DNA of 64,000 bases from a virus. The stretch covers positions 1 through 64,000 of IMG/VR virus record IMGVR_UViG_3300032053_000040. One strand, 5' to 3'. Each line of letters opens with the position of its first letter. Position 1 is the first letter of the stretch. Below the pieces are notes generated by a model that was not told where the DNA came from, made no database searches, and worked only from the letters and a program-made list of their open reading frames with translations. Below, piece after piece: positions 8,828-19,939 of this stretch. A program made the position numbers and the translations under genes.

Positions 8828-10453
8828 ATGTTAATTGGAGATCCATTCAAGTACATCCACCACACGGCCGAGATACTAAGCGTAGGCAAAATATCGCTCG
8901 TTATCGGTCGTGGAGTAGGTGTAGTGCTGGATTATGCCGACAGAGGCCCTGCGATGGAGATGTTCGGGATGGCACGAGGCAGGGATGCTCTCTCGTATTA
9001 TGGCGCTGGTCCGCTAGTAGATGCTGCCATGATGATGTTCGATCAGGGTGTCAATGCGGTCTACGGGTTCCGAGTAATGGGCCTCGGGTATGCCACGGCA
9101 GACGTTGACGTTTTCGATAGCAACAACGTCAAAGCAGGAACCTTCGTAGCACCTTCGGCAGGCACACATGGTAACGTTCCGGTAATCAAGGTTGAAGACA
9201 GCCTGGTAACCGCATGGAACAAAGAGAGGTTCAATGGGGATGGAACCGCCGGGCCCTATGCGTTAAAGGTAGACGACATCGACGAGAACAATGCAAACTA
9301 TGTTACAGTCGCAGGCGTGGCCAGGACGATAGTATACGCGGAGCAGAACCTCGGCGAGAACAACGCCTATATCAACAAGGCAACGGGAGGAGTCCTGTTC
9401 CATTCGTCCAACAAGCCAGGCAAGACAAACGAGATCATAGTAGGCGTCAAGCACAAGACCAGACGTGTAGTGATGACTGACGGTCTCAATCCACCCGAAG
9501 TTATCTCGAACGTCCAGAGCGTTCTTCAGCTCGCCGCCAAGACACGATATTCAGCCATAGCCAACTATGTCCCGGCGATCGGATCAACTCACCTACCGAA
9601 ACCCGTGATAACCCAGATGGAAGGTGGAGACGACGGCGCCGAACCTAACGGAGACGACTGGGTGCTGGCCTTCGAGTCCGCTCTGAAACTTCCTGGAGGC
9701 GTAATACCGACCAGCGTAACCACGTCACAGTTCGAGCTAACTCCTGGCGGAGACGAGCTCTTCCCAATGATGGACGGCTACCTGAGCAGGATGGCCGACC
9801 AGTGGACGCCGACGTTGGGCTACATGTCTGCCAACCCATACGCTACCAAAGACGAGATCCTGGAGCTGGCGACGGGCTACAACAGCATGTGGTTCACGAT
9901 CATAGGCAACGGTTGGCACAGAGATGGTCGAAGCCTCGCACCGGCCCGAGCCGGCATGGAGGCGGCTGTAGAGCTTGGCTCAAGCACTTCAGAAGAGATC
10001 AACGTGCTGAAAGGTATCGGGAACAACCTGCTCTACCAGTTCAGCGACACTGACCGCGAGGAACTGACTGCAAACGGCATCGATGTCCTGGAGAAGGAAG
10101 CTGGAATTAAGCCTTACGCAGCGATAACCACGAACCGCGACGAGAACTTCAAGAAATGCGTCGACATGAGGACGATCAACTGGAACCAGATTCTGCTGAA
10201 CAGCATAGTCAAGAGGATGTACCACGCCCGAAGGACAAAAGAGAACATGGGCCGGGTCAAGTCCACGATGGAGTTGCTGCTGGAGGAACAGTGCAAGCAC
10301 AGCATCCTGGACGACTACTCGATCGCCGTCTTGCCCAACCCGCTAGACCGAAACAAGGTTGACATCGACTTCTGGCTCCAGTGCGTGGGTCACATGCAGA
10401 GGTTCCACACCGTACTGAGTGTCGGATACTGGTCAAGCAACGTTGCGGAGTAG
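8828..10453 (+). CDS. Tail sheath protein
   Basis: ADRGP motif, GGDDGA, FSDTDREELTANGIDVL C-terminal sheath signature. Confidence 0.88.
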   Translation: MLIGDPFKYIHHTAEILSVGKISLVIGRGVGVVLDYADRGPAMEMFGMARGRDALSYYGAGPLVDAAMMMFDQGVNAVYGFRVMGLGYATADVDVFDSNNVKAGTFVAPSAGTHGNVPVIKVEDSLVTAWNKERFNGDGTAGPYALKVDDIDENNANYVTVAGVARTIVYAEQNLGENNAYINKATGGVLFHSSNKPGKTNEIIVGVKHKTRRVVMTDGLNPPEVISNVQSVLQLAAKTRYSAIANYVPAIGSTHLPKPVITQMEGGDDGAEPNGDDWVLAFESALKLPGGVIPTSVTTSQFELTPGGDELFPMMDGYLSRMADQWTPTLGYMSANPYATKDEILELATGYNSMWFTIIGNGWHRDGRSLAPARAGMEAAVELGSSTSEEINVLKGIGNNLLYQFSDTDREELTANGIDVLEKEAGIKPYAAITTNRDENFKKCVDMRTINWNQILLNSIVKRMYHARRTKENMGRVKSTMELLLEEQCKHSILDDYSIAVLPNPLDRNKVDIDFWLQCVGHMQRFHTVLSVGYWSSNVAE

Positions 10454-10471
10454 GGAGGGGGGTGATCAAAA

Positions 10472-11011
10472 ATGGCAACAATAGGAAGCGAAGTTCTTGA
10501 TCCTCGGAGGACAGGTTCCCTGGCCCAGTACGCGGGCCTGGGACCCAAGGTCTCGCCAGGGTACTACCAGGAAGCCACGGCCTTCAACGACATCATCATC
10601 GATATCGCTGGCGTCTACTTCAAGCTGCGTTCGTTCCAGTACACCAAGAACCTCACCGAAGACGAGGAGTACGGAAGCGGCGGGCATCTGCCTTGGGATA
10701 TCGTTGACAAACAGATCGCCATCACAGGCAACTTTGAGTACGCATCGTTCCTGAAGAGCGGCGAGCCTGCAATGTCGGAATGGCAACGGCTGGCACTACA
10801 TGCTCTCCTGGAGAACCAGGGCGACGAAGGCCAGGCGTTGTTTTTCAACATCATCGTGATGAAGAGAGAAGCAAGCGGCTCGGCTGACTACGGAGACTTC
10901 ATCGAGGCCCTGATCTATTGCAAGGTGACGAGCAGCGGCAGAACGTACCCGGAGAACAACACCGTAATAACCCGGCACGAGTTCAAGGCAATGGGAAGAC
11001 TGCCTAAGTAA
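10472..11011 (+). CDS. Tail tube protein
   Basis: Follows the sheath gene; 179 aa, beta-rich. Confidence 0.78.
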   Translation: MATIGSEVLDPRRTGSLAQYAGLGPKVSPGYYQEATAFNDIIIDIAGVYFKLRSFQYTKNLTEDEEYGSGGHLPWDIVDKQIAITGNFEYASFLKSGEPAMSEWQRLALHALLENQGDEGQALFFNIIVMKREASGSADYGDFIEALIYCKVTSSGRTYPENNTVITRHEFKAMGRLPK

Positions 11012-11050
11012 AGGCATCATTCCTACTATATAATTTAGAGAGGATTAAAA

Positions 11051-11620
11051 ATGGCTAACAAGAAGAAGATTGAAGAGATGCAGGCCAAGGCCAAAATAAG
11101 GCTTACGAAACGGCTCGTCGGAATGGGCACTAAATTCAGGAAGGATATCACGGTGCCCGTTTATGGAGGTGTCGAAGTAACCATACGGCCTCTGAGTGGC
11201 GGCGAGCTCGATACCATTTCGGAACGAACCGGCTACACCATAGACGAGATCACTGGTGGCGGCCTGGATCTGGATAAGCTAACGGAAGATGAAATCCAGG
11301 AGATCAAGGATTCAGGAGACATCCCGCCCGCATTGCTCAAGAAGATGGATCTCAAAGATATCTCGGTGACTCCAAAGATGACTCGGTTTCTGGGCGAGCT
11401 CTGCAAATTCGGGATTGCTCCAAAGACAGACGAGGAAGACGTAAGGGAGATGGTAGACGACATCATCGGTTTCGGCAAAATGATGATCGGAATAGAGATC
11501 ATGAGCCTTCTTGATGTCAAATACCAGGAGCTCGAAGATTTTTTCGCACTCCAGAAGGACAGCTCCTCGGAATCGTCCACTCTACAGGATACCGTTTCGC
11601 CGACAGAATTGATGAGTTAA
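11051..11620 (+). CDS. Tail assembly chaperone (G)
   Basis: VTIRPLSGGE motif; lies between tube and tape measure; ends near a slippery site. Confidence 0.75.
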   Translation: MANKKKIEEMQAKAKIRLTKRLVGMGTKFRKDITVPVYGGVEVTIRPLSGGELDTISERTGYTIDEITGGGLDLDKLTEDEIQEIKDSGDIPPALLKKMDLKDISVTPKMTRFLGELCKFGIAPKTDEEDVREMVDDIIGFGKMMIGIEIMSLLDVKYQELEDFFALQKDSSSESSTLQDTVSPTELMS

Positions 11621-12024
11621 CCACGACACAATTGGCCTTCGTCTCTCTAATCGCCGTGAACAAGATGCACATGGACGCTGGACTTGGTCCAATCGTGGAA
11701 CTAGGCGCCGACTCCGGCCAGACCGTAGGCCACGACATGACACTCATGAATGAGGTCAAGCAAGCGATATACTACGATGAAGGGCCTTATGCCGGGAAAC
11801 TCGAGGAACTCCGAGAATCCCAGGAAGAACGCAGGATGGCGATAGAACAGAAGATCATCGAAAAAATGGATAAGCTTCGTGACAAGGCATGGCGAAAAGA
11901 TTTCGATCAGCTCCGCAAGAACCAGGCCGGTATGAGGCGAGCTATCGATGATCAGTTGGTAGAGATTTTGGATGATGATGATGGCAAGGATGTAGACGAA
12001 GACCAGGGGGTAGAAAAGGAATGA
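11539..12024 (+). CDS. Tail assembly chaperone GT extension via -1 frameshift
   Basis: T TTT TTC at 11539-11545; the -1 frame is open (FFRTPEGQLLG...IDELTTTQLAF...) to 12024. Confidence 0.7.
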   Translation, partial: FFRTPEGQLLGIVHSTGYRFADRIDELTTTQLAFVSLIAVNKMHMDAGLGPIVELGADSGQTVGHDMTLMNEVKQAIYYDEGPYAGKLEELRESQEERRMAIEQKIIEKMDKLRDKAWRKDFDQLRKNQAGMRRAIDDQLVEILDDDDGKDVDEDQGVEKE

Positions 12025-12401
12025 AAGTAATCTGGGATATAAAGATATCCGTAGCAGGCGGGCCAAGTTTCCCGTTGTCCGGCTTCTTCGAAACTGAAGC
12101 TTACGACGTTATCGAGGTCGTGATTCCCAAAGAATCATCGGTTCCTGTCGAGGTCCAGCCGGGCGAGACCGGAGATGTCCTGGGGTTGCTTATAACGAGC
12201 ACAAGATACTCCGATCTCACCTTCAAGGTAGACGACAGCGATCCCCAAATCCTTGACGGGCCACTTCCGCTAATAGGCGCCGGGCTGGTCAAGATCCTCG
12301 GACCAACCCAGAACGTGATCCTGTTCGAGAACGAAAGCGATGCGACAGACGTAAAGGTAACCATACTCGTAGCAAGAACCGCAACGGAAGAAGGAGTCTG
12401 A
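12021..12401 (+). CDS. Hypothetical protein
   Basis: Beta-rich ORF overlapping the previous stop codon. Confidence 0.65.
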   Translation: MKVIWDIKISVAGGPSFPLSGFFETEAYDVIEVVIPKESSVPVEVQPGETGDVLGLLITSTRYSDLTFKVDDSDPQILDGPLPLIGAGLVKILGPTQNVILFENESDATDVKVTILVARTATEEGV

Positions 12402-12444
12402 GCCTGCGACCTAATTGAGTTAGATTTAGCGCGGACGTCGTCAG

Positions 12445-15054
12445 ATGGCACTCAGAGATCTCATCATCAGGCTGGCTATCCAGAACGCTGACGTAGCGCA
12501 GCGTGTCGAGGCACTCAAAGAGAACGTCAAGACCGTCAACGGCATGACGGCCCGGGCGTCCATTGACGTCAACACTTCTAAAGCAGTTGCATCACTCAAC
12601 CAGCTAAAACTACAGATCCATGATCTGGATAAGAGTTGCCTCAAGCTCCAGGCTAACTCGACGATTATGAGTTCCGCTTTTAGCTCCCTTTCGTCGATCG
12701 GCCACGCTGCTACGTCAAAACTAGCCGCCGGGTTTGGATTAGTTAATTCGGCTATGGCGTCTGTCGCCGCTCAATCAAGTGCCGTTACGGCGCATATTAA
12801 GAAAAATTGGAATGACATCGAAAGCGACATCAAAAAAGTAGCTGCCGTTAGCACTGGTTTTTCCATAGGCTCGATCTACATGGCCGCAGGCGTCCAGGCC
12901 AACCTAGAAACAATCAAAGGAACACGAGGCGAGGAGGCGGCGGCGGCATACGCTCCATGGATAAAACAAGGAAGAAAATTAAGATATACAGATGAATCCA
13001 CACGAGGCCAGCTTGCTGAAACTGCTGCCAAATACCTCCGAGGCACCTCAACCGAAGACCAGATACAATTTCTCACTCTACTTGAAAAGGAAGGAGCCCG
13101 GGAACGGGCATCGCCCGAAGCACTCGGAAACGTCATGGAATCTTTGGCAACTGGACGTTTATCGACGATCAAGAGGGAATTGCCGGGGATGGGGATAGAC
13201 GTAGATGCCATCCAAGCTCGTGCTGAAAAACAGATGGAGAATCCGTTCTTTATGCGAGCCCATCCCGGGATGACAAAAGAGGACGTAGTATCTCAAGAAT
13301 TCGTCAAAGAGTTTACAAAATGGGGCCAGGAGACAGAGATCCCCGGTGTAGGTAAAACTCTTCAAGACATTAATGTAGATCTCGAGCCCATCGATAAATT
13401 CAAGTCTGAGATAAAAGATATCTCGACCACTCTCGGCGATTCCCTTAAGCCAGCTCTTTTCGCAGTTAACAACGTCCTCGAAGCCTTCAACGAGTTCCTG
13501 CAGAACGTTCCCGGTGCCGGGCCAGTCATAGCCATAAGCATAGGATTTGCAGCCATAGCGTCAACTGGCATCATCATGGCGGCAGCGTTGCTAAGTGCTT
13601 CAACTGCTTTAGGGATAAGTTCAGTCGCTGCCGGCGTAGCTTCCGTCGCTATAGGGGGGCTTAGGCTTGCCATGACTCTTCTAGCAGCCCATCCCATCAT
13701 TGCAGTTCTCCTTATCCTGGCGACCATATTGATCTACGTAGCCACTCGCACAGACCTATTGCAGAAAGCCTGGGAGAAGCTCCAGGGGATCAAGGTAGGC
13801 GAGATCATAGGTGGCGGGATCGCTTTTGCCGTTGCCTTATGGGAGAAGGGGGTCAAACTTGCCATGTCCCTCTGGGATATACTGATGAATCTAGGAAAAA
13901 TGGGCGGGATTAAACTGCCACTTGCATTAGCTCTCGGCCCTCTTGGACTGGTCTTTGGTATCGCCCTTCCTCTCGTCATAAAGCTGCTGACATCGATGGT
14001 CAACTGGGGAGAACTCTCGACCAACGTCCTGAAATTTATTCAGCAAATCCTGGAGGATTTACTGAATGTTTTCGAACCGGTCTCCAATTTCATCAAAAAG
14101 ATTTACGATATGTTTGTATGGCTGTCAGAAACGCTCGGTATCACAAAGCCTCCTGAACCTGGAGTGACGAGGGGGGGAAAAAGTGTCGAGATGCCTTTAG
14201 CCGGGGGGGGCGAATTCAAACCGTCAAATATCCTCGGAGGTGCTGGAAATTATTATATCAAAGACTTACTCGAAGAGCTTGGTTATTTTTCCGACATACC
14301 AGAAGCCTTACTTGCGATGGCTAGAAACGGGATCACTCCAATATACGATAGCGCCGAGCAACCTGGTGGGGTGGTGGCACCCGGCGCGACAGAGCCCGAA
14401 AAGGAGCCCGAAAAGACCAGTAAAAAGTATGATCCTAACCTCTGGTACAAGACCGATGCTGGCGACCTCATCACCGGGACAATAGCAACCGAATTAGCAG
14501 CTCGGTTCGGAGTGGACTACGAAGGACCGTTTACAAAGGAAGGCCATCCAGTAGGCCAAACAAAAGCCGCTCCAATAGGAAATGTGCTGAAGGATATTAA
14601 ATCGGTTATAGAACCCACTCCAAAGGATATCAAACCCATCATAGACGAGAAGCCATTTGTCCCTCCACCAAAACAGGACATTGTAGAGGCGTATGATCCT
14701 AAGTATGATCAAACCCTCTGGACATTCGGCGGGCAGGAAGGAGCCACGATTACCAAAACCGGCAAGATGATGGTCCATGGTCCGATTGAAGAAGTCGTCC
14801 CGATGGCCGAAACTATACGAGGCCCGGGAGCTGTTGCCAGGGCCCTACGTGACCTCGACCTCTTCCAACGTTCACGTCCGTTCCTGGAGGGTGACCAAAA
14901 ACAGCCTGGACAGGTGATTAGCGTCAATTTCAATTCTCCATTGATCGGGGAGGCCACTATTGCAAGCCAATTCGACCTTGAGGATCTGATGTGGCAGCTA
15001 CAAGGCAAAATCGCGGATAAGATCTTGAGAGAACTAGGGTATCTGAGGGGTTGA
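12445..15054 (+). CDS. Tape measure protein
   Basis: 869 aa, Ala-rich helical with hydrophobic segments, after the chaperones. Confidence 0.88.
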   Translation: MALRDLIIRLAIQNADVAQRVEALKENVKTVNGMTARASIDVNTSKAVASLNQLKLQIHDLDKSCLKLQANSTIMSSAFSSLSSIGHAATSKLAAGFGLVNSAMASVAAQSSAVTAHIKKNWNDIESDIKKVAAVSTGFSIGSIYMAAGVQANLETIKGTRGEEAAAAYAPWIKQGRKLRYTDESTRGQLAETAAKYLRGTSTEDQIQFLTLLEKEGARERASPEALGNVMESLATGRLSTIKRELPGMGIDVDAIQARAEKQMENPFFMRAHPGMTKEDVVSQEFVKEFTKWGQETEIPGVGKTLQDINVDLEPIDKFKSEIKDISTTLGDSLKPALFAVNNVLEAFNEFLQNVPGAGPVIAISIGFAAIASTGIIMAAALLSASTALGISSVAAGVASVAIGGLRLAMTLLAAHPIIAVLLILATILIYVATRTDLLQKAWEKLQGIKVGEIIGGGIAFAVALWEKGVKLAMSLWDILMNLGKMGGIKLPLALALGPLGLVFGIALPLVIKLLTSMVNWGELSTNVLKFIQQILEDLLNVFEPVSNFIKKIYDMFVWLSETLGITKPPEPGVTRGGKSVEMPLAGGGEFKPSNILGGAGNYYIKDLLEELGYFSDIPEALLAMARNGITPIYDSAEQPGGVVAPGATEPEKEPEKTSKKYDPNLWYKTDAGDLITGTIATELAARFGVDYEGPFTKEGHPVGQTKAAPIGNVLKDIKSVIEPTPKDIKPIIDEKPFVPPPKQDIVEAYDPKYDQTLWTFGGQEGATITKTGKMMVHGPIEEVVPMAETIRGPGAVARALRDLDLFQRSRPFLEGDQKQPGQVISVNFNSPLIGEATIASQFDLEDLMWQLQGKIADKILRELGYLRG

Positions 15055-15058
15055 TTTC

Positions 15059-15499
15059 ATGCAGCTAAACGACAAAGGCGGGCTGTCGAATCCGTTCGAG
15101 TCGACGATAGATAGCTATGGCGATCCATTCCAGGTAGAGATAGGGTCGATAAAACTCGGGATAAGAAGTATGGTTAATCCCGACCAATCCAGGACGAACC
15201 CTATTGAAATCAAATGGAGCCAGGAGAATAAGGTCGAAGAACAGGATACTCCAGGTGATAGACCCAAGACGGAATGTACCATTTCAAACGGACTGTATTA
15301 CTGCACGATATCGTTTGCCACCAAGCAGAAGGATCTTTTGGAGCAAGTTGAGAAGATGAAAGCAGGACCTCACGTCGTAAAAACCTATTTCAAAACCGCC
15401 TGCATGTACTTGATGAAAAAGGACGTCACGCAACCAAAAGGCATGAAAGATCCTAAGCAAAACGTCGTGCTCAATCTCAAAGAGGCCTACGATGCTTAG
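15059..15499 (+). CDS. Putative tail tube initiator
   Basis: Position between tape measure and hub. Confidence 0.55.
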   Translation: MQLNDKGGLSNPFESTIDSYGDPFQVEIGSIKLGIRSMVNPDQSRTNPIEIKWSQENKVEEQDTPGDRPKTECTISNGLYYCTISFATKQKDLLEQVEKMKAGPHVVKTYFKTACMYLMKKDVTQPKGMKDPKQNVVLNLKEAYDA

Positions 15500-16895
15500 T
15501 TGCACGATGACTATCGGAGGTAACGACGTATCTAAATGGGTCATGAAGATCCATTGCGAGCAAACGATAGATTGCAGGAAAGACCCGGACAAGGTAGACA
15601 TCCAGCTATCGAACACCAAACTTCGATGGCGTGGCAAATTTGCCCCTAACGACACGATCGAGTGCGTTGTGCTTAGAACAGCCTATAGGAACGTTAACGG
15701 TGGATGCAAGGAGACTCGGTATCCTCCAATCCAGCTATTCAAGGGAGACGTCCAGAAAGCATCCACTGATGAGAGGATTGCCAAAATAGAAGGTTCATGC
15801 TATATCGGGGGCATGTCCGGCAACCTTCCCAAAAACGTAACTTACCACAAAGGGACGCCTATCGATTTCATAGTTAACGATCTGCTTGACCAGTTCGAGT
15901 ACAAAGGAGGGCGAGCGCCTGTTGACACTAAGGTATCAGTCCTCCCGCGTAAAGATCTGATCTATAGAGCAGGTACCGATTTTTTGGGCGCATTTCAAAC
16001 CCTTGCCGATCTTACGGGCTCATGGTACTTCGCAGACGAGTACGGTATATTCTATTATGTGGATCCCAAGATCCTAAAATATGCCAAATACCTGAACGGC
16101 TACCTTCTCAATGGAGACGACACTGCTGCACTGATAGGCTATGCAAACGTTGTCCAGGTGATTGGAGGTACGCCTTACAGACCGGATCAGATCGGCGCAG
16201 AGATCCCGACTCACTACCCGACCCATCGAGCCAAGGAAGAGGACGTCCAGGCTTTTGCAGCTAACGGCCGGATTGAAGCTCCGCCCGTCTACGTTCCGGA
16301 AGCCAACAAGGAGACATGCGAGAAGATGGCTAAAAATCTTCTGGCTTACTTTTCACAGTTTGAGGACCATTGCAAACCAATAGTTGTAGGCATATGCCCC
16401 GCACCGGGAGCCTACGTTACATATTCTCCACGGAACGGAGCAGATATTCTCCCAACACGATGCGATGATGGACCAATTCCTGTCGTGGGCAACGTTACTG
16501 GCGTAATCGTGAGACGAGTAGTCGATTACTCCACCAAAGGGCTCATTACAGAACTCGAAGTTTCGACCCAGATCAAGACAGCCGAAAGTCCTTATGGAGA
16601 TCTATCAGGTGCTGGCGATGACCTGGAGGGTGACGCCGACAAACTTGATAATATGCCAAACGAAGTGCTACAAAGGTTACTCGATCTCATAAGCAAACTC
16701 TTCCCTGGATCCGAGGGGAGAGAGACCGCGAAAGAAGCCGAAAAGCAATGGGACGCAGTCGGAATCAAGTTCGATGACGTTGGCGCATACCGGACTGATG
16801 CCAACGGAAACATCGTCCGGCTGAGTGATGAAGAGGCGGCTTCGTATATTACCATAAATGAAGCTGCCGCATTGCTAGGAAAGGATTTAACATGA
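15492..16895 (+). CDS. Baseplate hub protein (gpD/gp27-like)
   Basis: PDKVDIQLSN, LADLTGSWYFADEYG, GLITELEV patterns. Confidence 0.75.
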   Translation: MLSCTMTIGGNDVSKWVMKIHCEQTIDCRKDPDKVDIQLSNTKLRWRGKFAPNDTIECVVLRTAYRNVNGGCKETRYPPIQLFKGDVQKASTDERIAKIEGSCYIGGMSGNLPKNVTYHKGTPIDFIVNDLLDQFEYKGGRAPVDTKVSVLPRKDLIYRAGTDFLGAFQTLADLTGSWYFADEYGIFYYVDPKILKYAKYLNGYLLNGDDTAALIGYANVVQVIGGTPYRPDQIGAEIPTHYPTHRAKEEDVQAFAANGRIEAPPVYVPEANKETCEKMAKNLLAYFSQFEDHCKPIVVGICPAPGAYVTYSPRNGADILPTRCDDGPIPVVGNVTGVIVRRVVDYSTKGLITELEVSTQIKTAESPYGDLSGAGDDLEGDADKLDNMPNEVLQRLLDLISKLFPGSEGRETAKEAEKQWDAVGIKFDDVGAYRTDANGNIVRLSDEEAASYITINEAAALLGKDLT

Positions 16896-18016
16896 ACGCC
16901 CGAGACAGGAACATCAATTCAGCTAACCACGACGACCGGATGATAGGTCGGTTTGAGATCTGCGAAGTCCAGGATGTCGGGCCTCATCGCCAACCGTGGG
17001 AGGGCGACAAGGATTTCAACTGGGTCGAGGTCCTGCTCAAGAACCGGATGATCCCCAAAGAGGGAGAGGGATCTGAAGGAGACAAAGTTTTGCGTCAACG
17101 AGTCCTATGCTTACAGAGGAATCATGGCAAGTTCCAGGGTGAAACCTGGGCCCCAAGGATAGGCGACATGGTACTTCTCGCATGGATCTATGAGAATACT
17201 GCTTACATCCTCGGCACGGTCCCATCGATCGAACAGGAGCCGGTGTGTAGACCGAATAGCACGGCCAAGAACCCGGATATGGTTATAAAGTGGGCTAAAC
17301 ATAAAATGCCTACCAAGCTTGGCGGATTTGAAGACTATGTTGACTTTCCTCTTCCCGAGCACCCGGACTGTCTGAAGATCTGGCACCAATTCCAGGATCA
17401 TGTCCTCTGCCTGGACTGCAAGCAGGGCCACGATACGCCATCTTGCAAGTTCTGCGACCACATAGACAAGATCCTGCACTCAAGCAATCTGAAAGCCTTC
17501 TCCTTTGAGTCGGACACCACTCGAGATAAGCCCTGGAGGAACAGGTACACCCATCACTGCGGGTCGACGCTCTGGTTCGACGAAGACGGCCTGATCCACT
17601 GGGAGAACCAGGTAGCCGAAGAGGCACGATCTCACGGTAATTATTTCCCAGACGGGACAATCGAGCTCCATTCCGGCCCCGACGACCAGAAAGGAGCTCG
17701 GGTATTGCTATATGGCGATAAGTCTGCTTATCCCGGCCAGGTCGAAATCGATAATCTAGTCAATGCGGCCCATGTCAAGATCTACCAAAACGGCAAGATA
17801 GAGTTGAACCGACGCAATGGTTTTATAATAATCGAAGAGAACGGCGAGATAGTTCTGCGTGGACCAAAGATACGATTCGAAGCCGACGTGATCGAAACGA
17901 TAGGAACAACAGTAGGCGTATCCGGTTCGCAAGTAGTTAACATCAGCGGAGACGAGGTTAACATCACCGCCAACACTGGATCGTGCAGCCTAATCCCACC
18001 GCCCCCGGAGGAATAG
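16892..18016 (+). CDS. Baseplate spike (gpV/gp5-like)
   Basis: WAPRIGDMVLL OB-fold motif plus C-terminal beta repeats. Confidence 0.75.
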   Translation: MNARDRNINSANHDDRMIGRFEICEVQDVGPHRQPWEGDKDFNWVEVLLKNRMIPKEGEGSEGDKVLRQRVLCLQRNHGKFQGETWAPRIGDMVLLAWIYENTAYILGTVPSIEQEPVCRPNSTAKNPDMVIKWAKHKMPTKLGGFEDYVDFPLPEHPDCLKIWHQFQDHVLCLDCKQGHDTPSCKFCDHIDKILHSSNLKAFSFESDTTRDKPWRNRYTHHCGSTLWFDEDGLIHWENQVAEEARSHGNYFPDGTIELHSGPDDQKGARVLLYGDKSAYPGQVEIDNLVNAAHVKIYQNGKIELNRRNGFIIIEENGEIVLRGPKIRFEADVIETIGTTVGVSGSQVVNISGDEVNITANTGSCSLIPPPPEE

Positions 18017-18020
18017 AACG

Positions 18021-18503
18021 ATGCCTTTCGGCGATATGAGATTTAACGGAAAAATATTCGAGACAGGGATATGCAGATGCCACGGCTGGGGAGACCTAGT
18101 CCTAAATTCGCAGGGAGATATAGACGTCGTAACCGATGAAGAAGAGTGCATCACCCAACGGATAATCATCTGGATGGGCACCCATAAAGGAGAACGTCTC
18201 GACCCGACCATAGGCTGTGTGATCCACGATTATATGCACAAGCCCATTACGTCGCAGAACATGAAACACCTCAGATCGGATGCTCTCTACCAACTCCAAT
18301 CGATTTTTCCAGATTATGATGTGAAGATCGACCTGGTGATTAACCAGGACGAGGACCAACGCAACAAGGTAACCATGTATGCCTGGATAGGTAAATTTGA
18401 GGTCTCTCTTAGGGTAGACAAAGAGGGCTTCAAGGAACTCTACGAACAGGTCAGAACTACCTTGAGAGAGATGGGATTCGGCGCAGTCTGGAAGGAGAGA
18501 TAA
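18021..18503 (+). CDS. Baseplate wedge / sheath initiator (gp25-like)
   Basis: GDLVL..GDI and THKGERLDPTIGC motifs. Confidence 0.8.
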   Translation: MPFGDMRFNGKIFETGICRCHGWGDLVLNSQGDIDVVTDEEECITQRIIIWMGTHKGERLDPTIGCVIHDYMHKPITSQNMKHLRSDALYQLQSIFPDYDVKIDLVINQDEDQRNKVTMYAWIGKFEVSLRVDKEGFKELYEQVRTTLREMGFGAVWKER

Positions 18504-18504
18504 G

Positions 18505-19938
18505 ATGAACGAGATTAAAACACCTACGAGAATCGTAGACGAGATCAAATATTATCTTCAGAAGAGACATCCGGGCATCAGGGACTTCTCTGATTATTCG
18601 ATGAACTCCATCCTGACGGAAGCCATTGCCATCCAGGTTTACCTATTGTACAAAGCAATCTACCAGAAGGGGTTAGACCTATCCATAATGACGGCGACAG
18701 GCAAGGCGTTGGATGCGTTGGTGGTAGATCGGCTCCCAGATGGAAGGTATCCTGGAGCCAAGTCAGTCGGTCAGGTAACTTTCAAAAGGGTCGATGGGGC
18801 ACCTACGACGATCAGCATTCCTGCCGGAACAATAGTTGCGAGGGATGCTGATCTTTATGGTCCGGTTTATTTTGTGACGATCGCCTCGTGCCAGCTCTTG
18901 CAGGACGAAACTGAAGTAACAGTGGATGCCCGGGCCCAGGAGGCAGGCGAACGGGGGAACGTCGCCGCCTACACTATTGACCTCATCATGACGCCGATCC
19001 CTGGCCTCCACCAGGTCGAGAACCGACTGCCATTTGACGGCGGAACAGATTTCGAATCTGACGCTGACCTTACGGATCGCTACGTCTACACCGTCTGGCA
19101 GCCCGGCAGGGCTACGGTCGAAACACTCGAGGAGCACATCAAAGCCATAAGCTCGGCAGTCAGGGAAGTCAAGGTGTTCAGTCTGGGGTTCGGAGACGTC
19201 GAGATAGTCGTCGACTCATCAGACGATATAGAGGATCCTCCAGCCGCGATCTGGCAAGCTATCCGGGAGAACCTTGCCGCAGGATGCACCTCCATAGGCG
19301 TAATTGGAGCTCGTCTAGGACCAGATGGAAATCAGTTCGGTCTGGAGGATACAAAAGGCGGGAAGATCTTCATCCGACCTACTGAGACCACAGCGAACAC
19401 CGATGACGTAATACCGATCAGCTACCTTGACATTCTCGGAAGGAACCGTAGCGGGTCGGTTCATGTTCCAGAGAGGACGCCCCGAGGCCTAATCCTGCCT
19501 GTAACTTTGGAAGAGGAGACCGACCTGGCAACTACAATTATAAGCGCCGATTATAGTGATGACAACAAATACGATATCCTGATGGGGCTCGGCGAACCTC
19601 CCTACCTCTACATCATGCCAGAGCTCGTTTATGTGAGCATCTCTTTCAAGGCTAAACTGACGGATACTCCGGAAGAGGACCTCTTGGCGAATGTCGAGCA
19701 ATCGTTGAGGGATTGTCTGAACGCATACGCTATAGGTCTCGATGTGGAGTATTCCGATATAGAGAAGTTCATCCACATCGATTATTCCAGCAGAAGAGAA
19801 TTTGTGGGCCTGGACGAGATCCAGGAGTTCAAGATCACAGTGAAAGGAGCAGAACTTGTCAAGTTCGGCGACAAGTTCGATATAGAGAACGATGAAAAGA
19901 TAGTTGCTGGCGCCATAACACCAGAAGAGGTTGAGTAA
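18505..19938 (+). CDS. Baseplate J-like protein
   Basis: TATGKALD, IPAGTIV, GERGN, GGTDFESDADL motifs. Confidence 0.9.
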   Translation: MNEIKTPTRIVDEIKYYLQKRHPGIRDFSDYSMNSILTEAIAIQVYLLYKAIYQKGLDLSIMTATGKALDALVVDRLPDGRYPGAKSVGQVTFKRVDGAPTTISIPAGTIVARDADLYGPVYFVTIASCQLLQDETEVTVDARAQEAGERGNVAAYTIDLIMTPIPGLHQVENRLPFDGGTDFESDADLTDRYVYTVWQPGRATVETLEEHIKAISSAVREVKVFSLGFGDVEIVVDSSDDIEDPPAAIWQAIRENLAAGCTSIGVIGARLGPDGNQFGLEDTKGGKIFIRPTETTANTDDVIPISYLDILGRNRSGSVHVPERTPRGLILPVTLEEETDLATTIISADYSDDNKYDILMGLGEPPYLYIMPELVYVSISFKAKLTDTPEEDLLANVEQSLRDCLNAYAIGLDVEYSDIEKFIHIDYSSRREFVGLDEIQEFKITVKGAELVKFGDKFDIENDEKIVAGAITPEEVE

Positions 19939-19939
19939 C

